DNA of 46,759 nt, taken from positions 1-46,759 of IMG/VR virus record IMGVR_UViG_3300016667_000311, one strand, 5' to 3'. Below the pieces are notes generated by a model. The model had not been told where the DNA came from, did no database searches, and saw nothing but the letters and a program-made list of their open reading frames with translations. The DNA is from a virus. Taxonomy: Duplodnaviria; Caudoviricetes. Position 1 is the stretch's first letter. The number at the start of each line of letters is the position of its first letter. A program made the position numbers and the translations under genes. Positions 1 through 9,165 of the stretch are shown here, in pieces.

Positions 1-1181
1 GACTCGACCTCGGCAGGGCCTTTTGTGTCCAGCGACAGGAAGAGGTCATCGTACTTTTTGTCCGAATGGGAGGAAAGCATGTAGTTCCTACTACGGATAG
101 TGGATGTAATTGAGGCTCCACTATCGGTAGTGCCTTCGTTCAGCAGGTAAACTTTTCCTTCTGCTTTGTTGATTCCCCAGAGTCTAATCGAGCCGTTCTT
201 ACGACCAGTGGCCAAGATGTCGATTGAGTAAGGGTAGACATAGACAGACTCAAATGGGGTCTTGCTATACGGATTAATGACCAGCACGACAGATTTGTTG
301 AAAGAGCCAAGCAACGGCAATGAAAAGTAAGCCCTTCCATTAACACCTACCGCAGTGACTTCATGCAACTTGGCAGGGTCGATTTCCCTGAAGATGTCCT
401 CGATTTGGTTGGAAATGGGTGCGTTTCCTTCTTCATAGGAGGCTTGTGCACCATTGTACTTTGCCATCTTGATGCCGTCGTAGTCCATGAAGAGGACATT
501 CGAGCCTAACCTGCAAACCCCGTCTTTGGACGCCAATCCGTCTACAGTGGAGATTTTCTGAATTTTGTGAAATACCTCCATGCTAGGCTGACGCTTGATG
601 TTCCCCTGTCTGCCTAGGCCAGCCTTTACCTCGTAGATGCTTCTTTTTCCAAAAACCAGCATTGCGTTGGCATCTGGCAGGATGGCCTGAATGTCGTCAT
701 AGGTGCCTTGCACCAGATAAGCGGCATCTGGCTCATAGCCTTGGTTGCCAGTGTAGAGCGTGAAATTGAGTTTATCGCCTTTTGCCGTAACCAGCCGCTC
801 GACGATGTTTGCACCAGCCGTGAAGTCCGTATCGGCGGTCTCCATGGTGATGGCGTCCTGATAACCTTGACCACGGGCTTTTACCTTAGCCGCCAGATTG
901 ACCGAAGTGAGCGTTCCGTTTTGGCAGTTGAAACGCTGGTTGGCTCCCCACAGCAAGATGCTGTCTCCGTTGGTTCCAGAGGCCGAGCATGCGTAGGTGA
1001 TGGGTGCTGAGGCGGTTGCCGCAGTGACGCTACCCTTGCGTGGGCTTGCTACACCCTCCACCAGTTCCATGTTCTCGGAGTACTCCAAGATGCCAGCCTC
1101 CGCAGAGAAGGCGGCACTGTTAGGGTAAGAGGCAAATCCTTCAAACCTGAGGTCGCCATCTGGTTTGATTTCCTTAGGCAT
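1..1181 (-). CDS. Tail nozzle / tail tubular protein B-like, 5' part (continues across the origin into 46555..46759)
   Basis: Not in the ORF track because it has no stop inside the linear window. ATG at 1181 gives MPKEIKPDGDLRFEGFASYPNS. The segments I translated (1..420) are open and read PISNQIEDIFREID...GRAYFSLP and ITSTIRSRNY, which resemble podovirus nozzle proteins. It lies downstream of the capsid and adaptor genes. Confidence 0.75.
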   Translation of the reverse strand, partial: MPKEIKPDGDLRFEGFASYPNSAAFSAEAGILEYSENMELVEGVASPRKGSVTAATASAPITYACSASGTNGDSILLWGANQRFNCQNGTLTSVNLAAKVKARGQGYQDAITMETADTDFTAGANIVERLVTAKGDKLNFTLYTGNQGYEPDAAYLVQGTYDDIQAILPDANAMLVFGKRSIYEVKAGLGRQGNIKRQPSMEVFHKIQKISTVDGLASKDGVCRLGSNVLFMDYDGIKMAKYNGAQASYEEGNAPISNQIEDIFREIDPAKLHEVTAVGVNGRAYFSLPLLGSFNKSVVLVINPYSKTPFESVYVYPYSIDILATGRKNGSIRLWGINKAEGKVYLLNEGTTDSGASITSTIRSRNYMLSSHSDKKYDDLFLSLDTKGPAEVE

Positions 1182-1437
1182 CTTGCATCCCTTCGTACAT
1201 TGGGTAAAATTGAATTTGGTCTAAATTCAAAGTCAGGGACCTAATTGGGTTTGTTCCACCTCCGACACCGCCACCAGATAAAATCAAAGGTCCAGCCCAG
1301 TATGAGCCCCAAGCGATGTATGGCTGGTCATCTGGAGGAGGAATGATTGAGCCACGTGAGGATAGTTTATGCACAAACCCTTCAGGAGTGTGAATAGCCC
1401 TGTGGCCTCTAGTAATCTGGTGCTTACGGAGTGCCAT
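1174..1437 (-). CDS. Hypothetical protein (tail module)
   Basis: 87-aa ORF that overlaps the stop of the upstream gene and the start of the nozzle gene, suggesting translational coupling. Confidence 0.55.
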   Translation of the reverse strand: MALRKHQITRGHRAIHTPEGFVHKLSSRGSIIPPPDDQPYIAWGSYWAGPLILSGGGVGGGTNPIRSLTLNLDQIQFYPMYEGMQDA

Positions 1438-2273
1438 CAGGTTCTGTATCCGCCACTACCATCCCAGTAGTAGTCAGTCCCGTCGTAGTTGGTGATAAAA
1501 GTCCCGTCTGGGTAAAGTCCGCTGTATCGGAATACGCCAACTCCGTTTCCGTCCCATTCCCACCTATTGTCATTTCCGTCAAAGTAGTAGTTACCAGAGC
1601 CAGATGGGACTTCTACAGACGAGTCTGGGGCATCTACGATGAACGTTCCATCAGGATAATGCTGTCCAGTTACGAATTCGGCACTGGTGCTCATTGAGAT
1701 TACGCCATTGGGCTGACCTTCCATCTCTCCCCAGATGAGCGTATTTCCGTATGCAATCCCAGTATCGTAGGTCCCATAGCCTTCGATTGTGTATGTCTGG
1801 TATGATACAGTGGAGAATGGTGCGTTTACCACTGGGGTGTTTGCTGGGAAGTAACTTCCGATGGTTACGTCTTCCTCCCAGTAACTTCCGTATCCATCTG
1901 CCAAGGCCCATTTGACGATTGTCTTCCCATTTGGGAACTGCAACTCAGTGCCATCGTTCACATAAGTGGAATACTGAATTCTTGCATCCCATTGTGAACT
2001 TCCAAGCCTAGTACCAGCCTGAGGGTATTGAGTGTAATTTACGACCTCGTACGTACCTCCTACTCCGTCTGCGTAATTGGAATAGTTTTCTAACCCGCTT
2101 GAAACAACTTCTGGAGGAGTTGCCTGTTGAATCGTGATACTTAAAGACCTCGTAAATGGTCCAGAAACAAAAGTGCCATACGGAGGGACGCTGTTGTCCT
2201 CGTCCGCTGTTCCATTCAGGGATACCTCGTTATCGTGAGGGCCACCCAGTCGGCTGTCGCCCTTGAATGGCAT
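1437..2273 (-). CDS. Putative tail fibre / receptor-binding protein, G/Y/T-rich
   Basis: 278 aa with a composition typical of beta-rich proteins. Repeats YPDGTFI twice and several YxxDGxG-like units. Located in the tail module. Confidence 0.5.
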   Translation of the reverse strand: MPFKGDSRLGGPHDNEVSLNGTADEDNSVPPYGTFVSGPFTRSLSITIQQATPPEVVSSGLENYSNYADGVGGTYEVVNYTQYPQAGTRLGSSQWDARIQYSTYVNDGTELQFPNGKTIVKWALADGYGSYWEEDVTIGSYFPANTPVVNAPFSTVSYQTYTIEGYGTYDTGIAYGNTLIWGEMEGQPNGVISMSTSAEFVTGQHYPDGTFIVDAPDSSVEVPSGSGNYYFDGNDNRWEWDGNGVGVFRYSGLYPDGTFITNYDGTDYYWDGSGGYRT

Positions 2274-2572
2274 TACTGTGCGTGGTGGTAGACGTAACCT
2301 TCGCCATCAACCCAGACCTCGCCATTGTAGCCGTTCAATTCGAAGGAGCCGCCGTCATGCTTGTTGGCGTTCTTTTCATGAGTAAGGACGATGGGGGAGC
2401 CAGCACCATCGGGCTGGAGGTAGATGTACAGAAGGGTATCGGAAGAGGTGTTGACGATTCCGAAAACACGTCTGTTTCTGACGCCTTCGAGGACCTTAAT
2501 CTTGGTGCCGATGCTGTTGAACACAGTCACATCGACGCTGGGGATGTTCTGGGGCTGGTGGATGTGGGACAT
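2273..2572 (-). CDS. Small virion structural protein (hypothetical)
   Basis: 99-aa ORF tightly coupled between the adaptor and fibre genes. Confidence 0.6.
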   Translation of the reverse strand: MSHIHQPQNIPSVDVTVFNSIGTKIKVLEGVRNRRVFGIVNTSSDTLLYIYLQPDGAGSPIVLTHEKNANKHDGGSFELNGYNGEVWVDGEGYVYHHAQ

Positions 2573-2573
2573 T

Positions 2574-3320
2574 TTAGTAGTTTCTGAAGTTGATACGCCT
2601 TACTTGGCCTTGTTGCCTAAGGACTTGGTCGAGGGCTTGGTCGAGGGCCGTCTGGGCGTCGGCTTCAGCCGCTTGGGCGAGTTCCGTCTGGCCTTGGGAG
2701 CGTTGGTAATCGGCGTGAACGCCGTGGATGAGATAGGAGCCGAACAGTCGTGGGACTTGAACAATTTGCCAAGAACCGAGAGTAGGGATTGAGCCAGTGC
2801 CTGAAGGCGATTCGCCAGTGTATTCATAAAAATTGCCCACGACGGGGCTTCCGCTGACAGGTACTAGGGAACTAGTGCCACTGCCAGCATCAAAATAGAC
2901 CTGTGCACCCTTTTTGTAGGACACCGCAGTGTCCCAAGGGTCGCCGAACAACTTAGGAGCGTCGCTCCTGTACTCCACCCAGACGTTTTGGTCGGCGTTG
3001 TTCATCAGGAAGCAGTCGCTTCCGTTAAGAACGAAGTCCTTTTCGATGGAGTTGTGGGCAAGAGGGTCCTTGGTCCATACGGCAAGAACCTGACCTACGT
3101 CGCTGGGAAGGATGACCTTGTTTCGTTCGCTGACGATGCCAGTAGGGCACTGCTGAAACTTCTTGAGTTCAGGCCATTCGTGCTGTTCCCAGACAGTCTG
3201 CATGCGTCTGGATGCAAAATCCCTTACAGTAGCGAACCTATCAGGGGTCGTCAGGTTCCTATCCAGACCGCAGAGTTGCAGTGCGGTATGCAGGATTTCG
3301 CTGAAGTTGATGGTACGCAT
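2574..3320 (-). CDS. Tail adaptor / tail tubular protein A-like, with a CBM-like insertion
   Basis: Position after the capsid gene. N-terminal RRMQTVWEQHEWPEL and C-terminal VPRLFGSYLIHGVHADY resemble adaptor proteins. WDTAVSYKKGAQVYF resembles a carbohydrate-binding (CBM5/12-like) repeat. Confidence 0.65.
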   Translation of the reverse strand: MRTINFSEILHTALQLCGLDRNLTTPDRFATVRDFASRRMQTVWEQHEWPELKKFQQCPTGIVSERNKVILPSDVGQVLAVWTKDPLAHNSIEKDFVLNGSDCFLMNNADQNVWVEYRSDAPKLFGDPWDTAVSYKKGAQVYFDAGSGTSSLVPVSGSPVVGNFYEYTGESPSGTGSIPTLGSWQIVQVPRLFGSYLIHGVHADYQRSQGQTELAQAAEADAQTALDQALDQVLRQQGQVRRINFRNY

Positions 3321-3598
3321 TACTCAGGAGGCTGTAAGTTGAGCCCTTTTGCTTCTGGCCTACGCCAAGTAGACTTAGCCTTAAGAGTGGTAACTCCATC
3401 GAGCGATACAGTCGTAAGCGTGTCCCTGCCCATGCTTCTAATTCTAGACATCTCGGCCTCGTAAGCCTTTTGCCCAGCGTAAGTAGTCCTATCGAACTTA
3501 AGTTCAGGACCCTCGGGGCCAGCGTACTGTGCAGGTGGCTTTGGCGGAGTTGCTCCTTTGGGCCTAGATGCCTGTTTATTGTACGGGGTGTATGCCAT
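3320..3598 (-). CDS. Hypothetical protein
   Basis: 92-aa ORF sharing single-base stop/start overlaps with both neighbours. Confidence 0.6.
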   Translation of the reverse strand: MAYTPYNKQASRPKGATPPKPPAQYAGPEGPELKFDRTTYAGQKAYEAEMSRIRSMGRDTLTTVSLDGVTTLKAKSTWRRPEAKGLNLQPPE

Positions 3599-3969
3599 TA
3601 TGAAATTGCCCTACCGAACTGGTCGAACAGGCCTTTAGTCCCGTTGACCAGCAGAGTGGTGTTCTCCGCTTTGGAGTTTACCTTGCACTCAGGGTTGTCT
3701 CTAAGGAAGTCTTTGACGAATCCCTTGTCTTTCCAACAGGCGTATCCGAGACGCTGGCCCCAGTAGTGGTAGGAGTCCACTGGGATTCGCATGGATAACT
3801 GACCTAGTCCGTCTACGTGCTTGTGAAGTTGCTGATTGAGTTGACCAATCAGTTTCTTCTGGGCGTGTGCTTGGACCTTACGGAGTTCCCACCCCGTCCG
3901 AAACTCCTCAAGCATAGGCTTAAGAAGGTCGGACGGGATGGCTTCATGGATGGGTTGGATTCCAGCCAT
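3598..3969 (-). CDS. Hypothetical head-module protein
   Basis: 123 aa, directly after the capsid gene. RIPVDSYHYW...CWKDKGFVKDFLRDNPE resembles small proteins found after DUF5309-type capsids. Confidence 0.7.
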   Translation of the reverse strand: MAGIQPIHEAIPSDLLKPMLEEFRTGWELRKVQAHAQKKLIGQLNQQLHKHVDGLGQLSMRIPVDSYHYWGQRLGYACWKDKGFVKDFLRDNPECKVNSKAENTTLLVNGTKGLFDQFGRAIS

Positions 3970-3981
3970 GCTCCGTTCCGC

Positions 3982-5376
3982 TTAGGACAGCAGACCGCCG
4001 TTGGAGGTAGCCGCCTTGTAGTCCAGCATGCCGAACGTAAGGGGCGACTGGACGACGAGAGCCGCCATCGCTTCCATCATTCTGCGGGGACCACCGCCGT
4101 TTTCGGTAAGTTCACGGACCTGAGCGATGTTGCCGCCGTAGCGGATTTCGAGCATGTCCCAAGGGATGATGAAGCCCTTGCACTTAGCGTTGTTGGCGTG
4201 GAGGTTGACGTAGTTCTTGGCTTCGGCCTCGGTGGCAAAACGGGCAGGAACGGCATTAGCGGTGCCATAAGCGACACGCTCATACTTATTCGTGGTGGCG
4301 TCCTTGAGCCAGACGAGGTTCTTGCCAGAGCCGTTAAGGCCAGCACCATTGGAGGTCACGTCGGCGGCGGCGTAGACGCCATCGACAACAGCGTAACGGC
4401 CAGTGGCCGAGTAGGAGGCACCAGTGGCACCAGAACCGCAATCGACGATGCGGTAGGGGTTGACACCCGCATGGAGGAACTGGGTCGGAATGAGAGCCAA
4501 CTTACCGAAGTCGCCCTCGAAGTAGTCCACGGACACCTTGATGCTGTCGGAGTTAGCATCTCTGTTGTTCTGGATTCTGGAGGTAAGCGAGGGTTCGGAC
4601 TTCGTGTAGACGAGGTTGGTGAACTGACGCTTGAGGGCGGTGCCGACGACGGCTTCGTGGTTCTTGAACTGGCCAGTCTGCTCATAGACCGAGGTCATGA
4701 GGTCCTGAACAGTGTTTTCACCCAACTGGTCAACAGTCTCACCAGTGCCGACGATGGACGAGGCAGGGGTGCGAAAGTTCTCGCCGATGGGACGGATGGG
4801 CTGGGCCTGAGAACCATACTTCTGCTGGGTGTTGTAAGAGGCACCAAGGAGGTCGTTCTTAATCCAAGCCGTAAGACAGCGGGTGCGATAGGGGGTAGCA
4901 CCATCGTCGATAGCGGGGAGGACGTCAGAGGTGAAGGTCATTTCCATCGAACGCTTGAGGTCGATGGTGGCCTTGCCCAACTGGCGGCTGAGTTCGTCCT
5001 TAACGCCAGCGATGTTGAGGATGTCCTGCGTCAGGTTAGACACGTGAACGGCTCTGCGGAACATGTGGATGTTGTTTTCCACTTCTTCTCTGTAGCCGAT
5101 AGTGTACTGCTTGAAGTCGGAGTTGTCCTTCGGATTGGTCGGGTCAACGTCGGCACCATCGAGAACGCCGAGTTCAATCGACGGGTCGGGGTGGCGGTCA
5201 ACCTGCCATCTGAAGGTCGTATTGCCAGGCTTGGAGCCACGCTTGGCCATCGAGGTGATGGGCGTGTCCTTGGCATCGACGTTGGCGATGAGGTCAGAGA
5301 GTTCTTCTCTGATACCGACTCTGGCACCCGTAAGGGGGCGAGTGTTCTGGAATTGTCTTTCGAATAGGGAGGCCAT
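3982..5376 (-). CDS. Major capsid protein (DUF5309 / SU10-like, HK97 fold)
   Basis: Motifs GIREELSDLIANVDAKDTPITSM, TTFRWQVD, ENNIHMFRRAVHVS, DLKRSME and VDYFEGDFG. Follows the portal and scaffold genes. Confidence 0.9.
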   Translation of the reverse strand: MASLFERQFQNTRPLTGARVGIREELSDLIANVDAKDTPITSMAKRGSKPGNTTFRWQVDRHPDPSIELGVLDGADVDPTNPKDNSDFKQYTIGYREEVENNIHMFRRAVHVSNLTQDILNIAGVKDELSRQLGKATIDLKRSMEMTFTSDVLPAIDDGATPYRTRCLTAWIKNDLLGASYNTQQKYGSQAQPIRPIGENFRTPASSIVGTGETVDQLGENTVQDLMTSVYEQTGQFKNHEAVVGTALKRQFTNLVYTKSEPSLTSRIQNNRDANSDSIKVSVDYFEGDFGKLALIPTQFLHAGVNPYRIVDCGSGATGASYSATGRYAVVDGVYAAADVTSNGAGLNGSGKNLVWLKDATTNKYERVAYGTANAVPARFATEAEAKNYVNLHANNAKCKGFIIPWDMLEIRYGGNIAQVRELTENGGGPRRMMEAMAALVVQSPLTFGMLDYKAATSNGGLLS

Positions 5377-5391
5377 GATAGTTTTGTAGGA

Positions 5392-6399
5392 TTAGATGAA
5401 CTTGCTCTTAAACACTTCGGCTAAGTCATCGACAGAACCTGAGCGGCGGAAGCGGTCCATGCTCTCCTTCGCCTTCGCCTCGTCCACACGCATGGCGGGA
5501 CGGGGTGCCGAGGAAGTCTGAGTAGGCTGGACTTGGACAGTGGGATTGGGGACGAAGTTACGTGCGTTCTTCTTCTGGGCATTGTACGAGACCATGCCCA
5601 TGGCCAACTGTGCCGCATACAGTTCATAGTCAGGGAACTTCTTGATTTCGGGCACCGCTTCGACGAACTTCTTGGCGGTAGACGCACGGGCATCCGTGGG
5701 GTCGTCGAGCCAAGGGAACTCCTTACGGGCCAGATTTCTGTATTCTCTGGACGACTGAACGTATTGGGCTTGCTGGGGAAGAAACTCTTCGATGGCTCTG
5801 AGTGCCCCGACCTTCGCCTTGGCAATCTCGTCCTTCGAGACGTTCTTTTCCTCGCTATCACCATCGTAGTAACCATCTGGGTAACGTTCGCAGAACAGTC
5901 GAATCTTTCTCTGTCGCTCGTACTCGGCCTTGATTTTGTCTTCCGTGTCTAACTCCGCATAAGGGTTATTTGTAGCGGGTTTGACTGGAGCGGCCTGTTG
6001 ACGCTTGAGCGACTCGAGTTCTTCTTCGAGTTTCTTTGCACGTTCCTCTGCTTCACGCCGAAGGGCCGTCAGTTTATTCAGACGCTTCTGGACTCCTCTC
6101 GGAGTGCCGTCGTCATCGGAACGAACCTCGTCGGTTTCCGCCTCGGTGGTCGCTTCGGCTTGGGGTTCTTCGGCTTGTTCGGCCTCGGTCTCCTGAGCCT
6201 CTGCTTCGGATTCTTTATTTTCGGAGTATCCGCTCTCCGTCTTCATCTGCCCGTCAGATAAGGCTCGCATGAAAAAATCAGCGAGTTTGTCGTTTGCCGA
6301 GGAGTCGGGTGTAACCTCGGTGGTGTTATCAGGCATGGGGGTATTAACCTCGGTCCCAAGTTCGAGGTCAGCGGTGGGCTGATTGGTGTTTTCTTCCAT
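5392..6399 (-). CDS. Capsid scaffolding protein
   Basis: Acidic disordered N-terminus, coiled coil GVQKRLNKLTALRREAEE, C-terminal RFRRSGSVDDLA. Lies between portal and capsid. Confidence 0.8.
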   Translation of the reverse strand: MEENTNQPTADLELGTEVNTPMPDNTTEVTPDSSANDKLADFFMRALSDGQMKTESGYSENKESEAEAQETEAEQAEEPQAEATTEAETDEVRSDDDGTPRGVQKRLNKLTALRREAEERAKKLEEELESLKRQQAAPVKPATNNPYAELDTEDKIKAEYERQRKIRLFCERYPDGYYDGDSEEKNVSKDEIAKAKVGALRAIEEFLPQQAQYVQSSREYRNLARKEFPWLDDPTDARASTAKKFVEAVPEIKKFPDYELYAAQLAMGMVSYNAQKKNARNFVPNPTVQVQPTQTSSAPRPAMRVDEAKAKESMDRFRRSGSVDDLAEVFKSKFI

Positions 6400-6500
6400 A
6401 GTCAGGGTTTAGTGCTCCCAGAAGCATTGAAAGTTGACCCCCTTTTCGTTCGCCCAGCAAGCGTCGTGATGTCCTCACTACGCTTTGAGTCGCTTTTCTC

Positions 6501-6746
6501 TTAAGACTGGTCCGATTTAGCCTCTTCCCTGAGCCTTTGAATCTCAAGAAGCATGTCGTTGATTGCGTCCATCCTGCCAGCGGAGTGGATTCTGGCCTCT
6601 CCGAGGGTATTCGGAGACATCACCTTCGACATCTCGATTTGAAGGGCCAAGTCGCACACGACCAAGACGGCCTTGTAGAGGTCTTCTCCTTCGTGAGTCC
6701 TGAATTGGAAGGACTTCACGATTTTCTTACGTTCTTCGGACATCAT
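6501..6746 (-). CDS. Small helical protein after portal (hypothetical)
   Basis: 81 aa, overlaps the portal stop; a common position for a small gene in podovirus head modules. Confidence 0.65.
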   Translation of the reverse strand: MMSEERKKIVKSFQFRTHEGEDLYKAVLVVCDLALQIEMSKVMSPNTLGEARIHSAGRMDAINDMLLEIQRLREEAKSDQS

Positions 6747-8983
6747 GCGATGGGAGCGTTGACGTTAATGGTGGTGTTTTGGGTCTGCTGGGGCGGCGGG
6801 GCGGCCTGTTGCTGGGCCTTAACTTCGCCGAATTCCTTTTGAATCTCCTCGGAAGCGGGGGAAACGCCGATTCTGCCAATTTGCTTGTTCTTTTCTTGGT
6901 CAACCGAGAACTGTAACTGCTTCGTGTAGTTGTCGAAGAGGATTTGGAAGATTCTGTCGCTCTGGAGGGCTTGCTGAGCCTTGGGGTTCTTCTGGATGAT
7001 GTCCTGAGCGAACTGCAACTTGCTGGAAGCGGCTGGGTCCATCTCGGTGTACAGGGCTTCGTTGCCGAGCATCATCATTCCGATGTCGCTGACGACGTCC
7101 TTGTACAGTTTCTGGGACGCAGTGGCTTGGTCGATGACCAGTTCTCTGGCGGCATCAGGGCTGATGGACTCGATGACCAGTTTGACCAACTTGTTCCTGT
7201 CGATGATGCCACCGCTGTCGAGTGGCACGACAGTCTTGATGATGGCTTCCAGTTTCTTCTGGACGAACTCGGGGTCGGTATCACGTACGTCGAAGCGTAC
7301 GTTGAAGTCGAACTGGCTATGGATGTCCTGCATGCCCTGCTTGAGGGGGCTACCAGTGATTCGGATGATTTCTTCCTCGGACATGAACTGGAGGCTGAGC
7401 GAGAACATCTGGGTGTAGACCCTGTTCCAGAACATAAGCCATCCGTCCACCTGAAGTTGCTTCAGCATCTGTACCTTCTGGGGGTCGATGAGTTCACCCA
7501 CGGCGAAGCCGTAGTAGTTGCCCAAGTTCTGCTCGACCTGCTGGATGACTTGGAAGGCCATGCCAGCGTCGCTTCTCGGCGACTCAAGCCAAGTGTAGTC
7601 GTCCTTGCTTGAGACGGGTAGAACCTGTGCGGGGGCGATTCTGTTGAGTGCACCGATACGCTTGACAACCTTGACGGGGGGAAGCACCTCGAAGGCGGTT
7701 CGGTCCCTGATGGCGTCGTGCTGTGCCTTTACTTCGTCCTGCTCGGTCTTGTTGATTTCTGGGATTCCTCTGGACTCGGCGACTGCCCTTCTGTTTCTTT
7801 CACGCCTGTACTCGACGAACGGGTACTCCCCGTGTGCGTAGTTCAGGATGTCCTGCTTGGCGTACAGGTCGGCACCGCAGTGCGGGTTGAAGACAGTGTA
7901 GTAGATGGCAGGAACATCGCTTGCGTCCAACTGCCTGTAGTATGCCCACACCACCTCGATGAGGTTGTTGCCCCTCTCGATGTTCGAGTTGAGCATGGTG
8001 GTGGTGGGAATCAGGTTAGGGTCGTTGAAGTAGTAGTGGTTGCCCATGCTGTTCACGGCCTTTTCCACCCATTCTTCGTTCCAGCCAGCAATCTTGGCGG
8101 TAGAGCGGAGTTCGACCTCGGTCATGTACTGCCTACGGAAAATGACACGGGCTTTTTGAAGGTCGGCTGTCTCGGGAGGGAAGCATACTTCGTCAAAAGG
8201 CTTGAGTGCCTCTACGTGGGGCAGGTTTTTTTGGACGTAGATTTCAGGGATTTCGCCGATTCCGTTCTCTCTCATGCCCTTGACGAATTTCTTCATGTCT
8301 CTCTGCTTCATCTGTGGCATGACGTCCTTGAGCAGGGCGATGGCGTATTCTTCCTTTGAGGGGTCTACCACAGCGTTGAACAGTTTTCCAAATGTGCCCT
8401 CCCCTCCGTTGACGTTGCCCTCTTGCTTCTCAATCATGGCCATGTTCTGGAGTTCGTCCAGTTTCATGCTGTTCACTCTGGTGCCCATCTGTTGCTCCCA
8501 AGTGACCTGCACGACGGACCAGCCGTAAGTAAGGGCGTAATCAGCGGCGAGTTCCGCCTCCCTGTGGAGTTCGTTCTTAATCTTGGTCTCAACCATCCAA
8601 CGCATGAGCGTTGTGGCGGAAGCGGCGGACATGGTGTCGGTGATTTCTGTACCGCCCACTTTAAGGGTGCACCCCTTGAAGGCCGTCAGAAGGAGGGCTT
8701 TCTGGTCATTGATGAGCCTGTCTACGAGCCTGATGCGGACATCCGACGCACCTTCGAAAGGGAAGGCAGGGTCGCCGTCAGGTCTCGCCCAAGAGTGCTT
8801 CTTCCCGTCGTCGGTCTGGCCAGTCCATCTGGTGAGCCTGATGTCGTCGGCGTAGTTCATCTTCGACACCATGGTGCCATGGAAGGCGGACCGCTGGTAT
8901 TCGGTGAGAAGCAGTTCGATGTCTGGCTTCTCGGCGTGGTACGCCAGTTTATCAGCGTGAGGAGTCGGGCTTTTGAAGTTCAT
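6743..8983 (-). CDS. Portal protein
   Basis: 746 aa between terminase and scaffold. Motifs FPFEGASDVRIRLVD, HGEYPFVEYRRE and SRGIPE; Q-rich tail. Confidence 0.85.
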   Translation of the reverse strand: MNFKSPTPHADKLAYHAEKPDIELLLTEYQRSAFHGTMVSKMNYADDIRLTRWTGQTDDGKKHSWARPDGDPAFPFEGASDVRIRLVDRLINDQKALLLTAFKGCTLKVGGTEITDTMSAASATTLMRWMVETKIKNELHREAELAADYALTYGWSVVQVTWEQQMGTRVNSMKLDELQNMAMIEKQEGNVNGGEGTFGKLFNAVVDPSKEEYAIALLKDVMPQMKQRDMKKFVKGMRENGIGEIPEIYVQKNLPHVEALKPFDEVCFPPETADLQKARVIFRRQYMTEVELRSTAKIAGWNEEWVEKAVNSMGNHYYFNDPNLIPTTTMLNSNIERGNNLIEVVWAYYRQLDASDVPAIYYTVFNPHCGADLYAKQDILNYAHGEYPFVEYRRERNRRAVAESRGIPEINKTEQDEVKAQHDAIRDRTAFEVLPPVKVVKRIGALNRIAPAQVLPVSSKDDYTWLESPRSDAGMAFQVIQQVEQNLGNYYGFAVGELIDPQKVQMLKQLQVDGWLMFWNRVYTQMFSLSLQFMSEEEIIRITGSPLKQGMQDIHSQFDFNVRFDVRDTDPEFVQKKLEAIIKTVVPLDSGGIIDRNKLVKLVIESISPDAARELVIDQATASQKLYKDVVSDIGMMMLGNEALYTEMDPAASSKLQFAQDIIQKNPKAQQALQSDRIFQILFDNYTKQLQFSVDQEKNKQIGRIGVSPASEEIQKEFGEVKAQQQAAPPPQQTQNTTINVNAPIA

Positions 8984-9164
8984 GGGTATTCTGGTTGATA
9001 AAGTTGATGATTTCGTCCCTGAAGTACATGTGCTGTCCTCCTAGGGTCTTGAAAGTCTTAATCGCCCCCTTGTTCCTGAGCCTCAGGAGGGTGGACTTTG
9101 ACAGGTTGAAGATTCTGGCGGCGTCCGCCAGTCTTAGCAGTGGGGGTGTTTCTTTGGGGAGCAT
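8952..9164 (-). CDS. Helix-turn-helix DNA-binding protein (HTH_17 / excisionase-MerR-like)
   Basis: LLRLADAARIFNLSKSTLLRLRNKGAIKTFKTLGGQHMYFRDEI matches the HTH_17 pattern. Confidence 0.8.
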   Translation of the reverse strand: MLPKETPPLLRLADAARIFNLSKSTLLRLRNKGAIKTFKTLGGQHMYFRDEIINFINQNTHELQKPDSSR

Positions 9165-9165
9165 T

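Noticed and set aside
1437-2273. Possible diversity-generating retroelement target
   Set aside because: No reverse transcriptase and no template repeat seen in the genome.
3817-5367. 516-aa + strand ORF
   Set aside because: Antisense shadow of the capsid gene, explained by codon bias; no recognisable motifs. The same applies to the long + strand ORFs opposite the portal and giant genes (for example 33993..35411 and 38976..40133).
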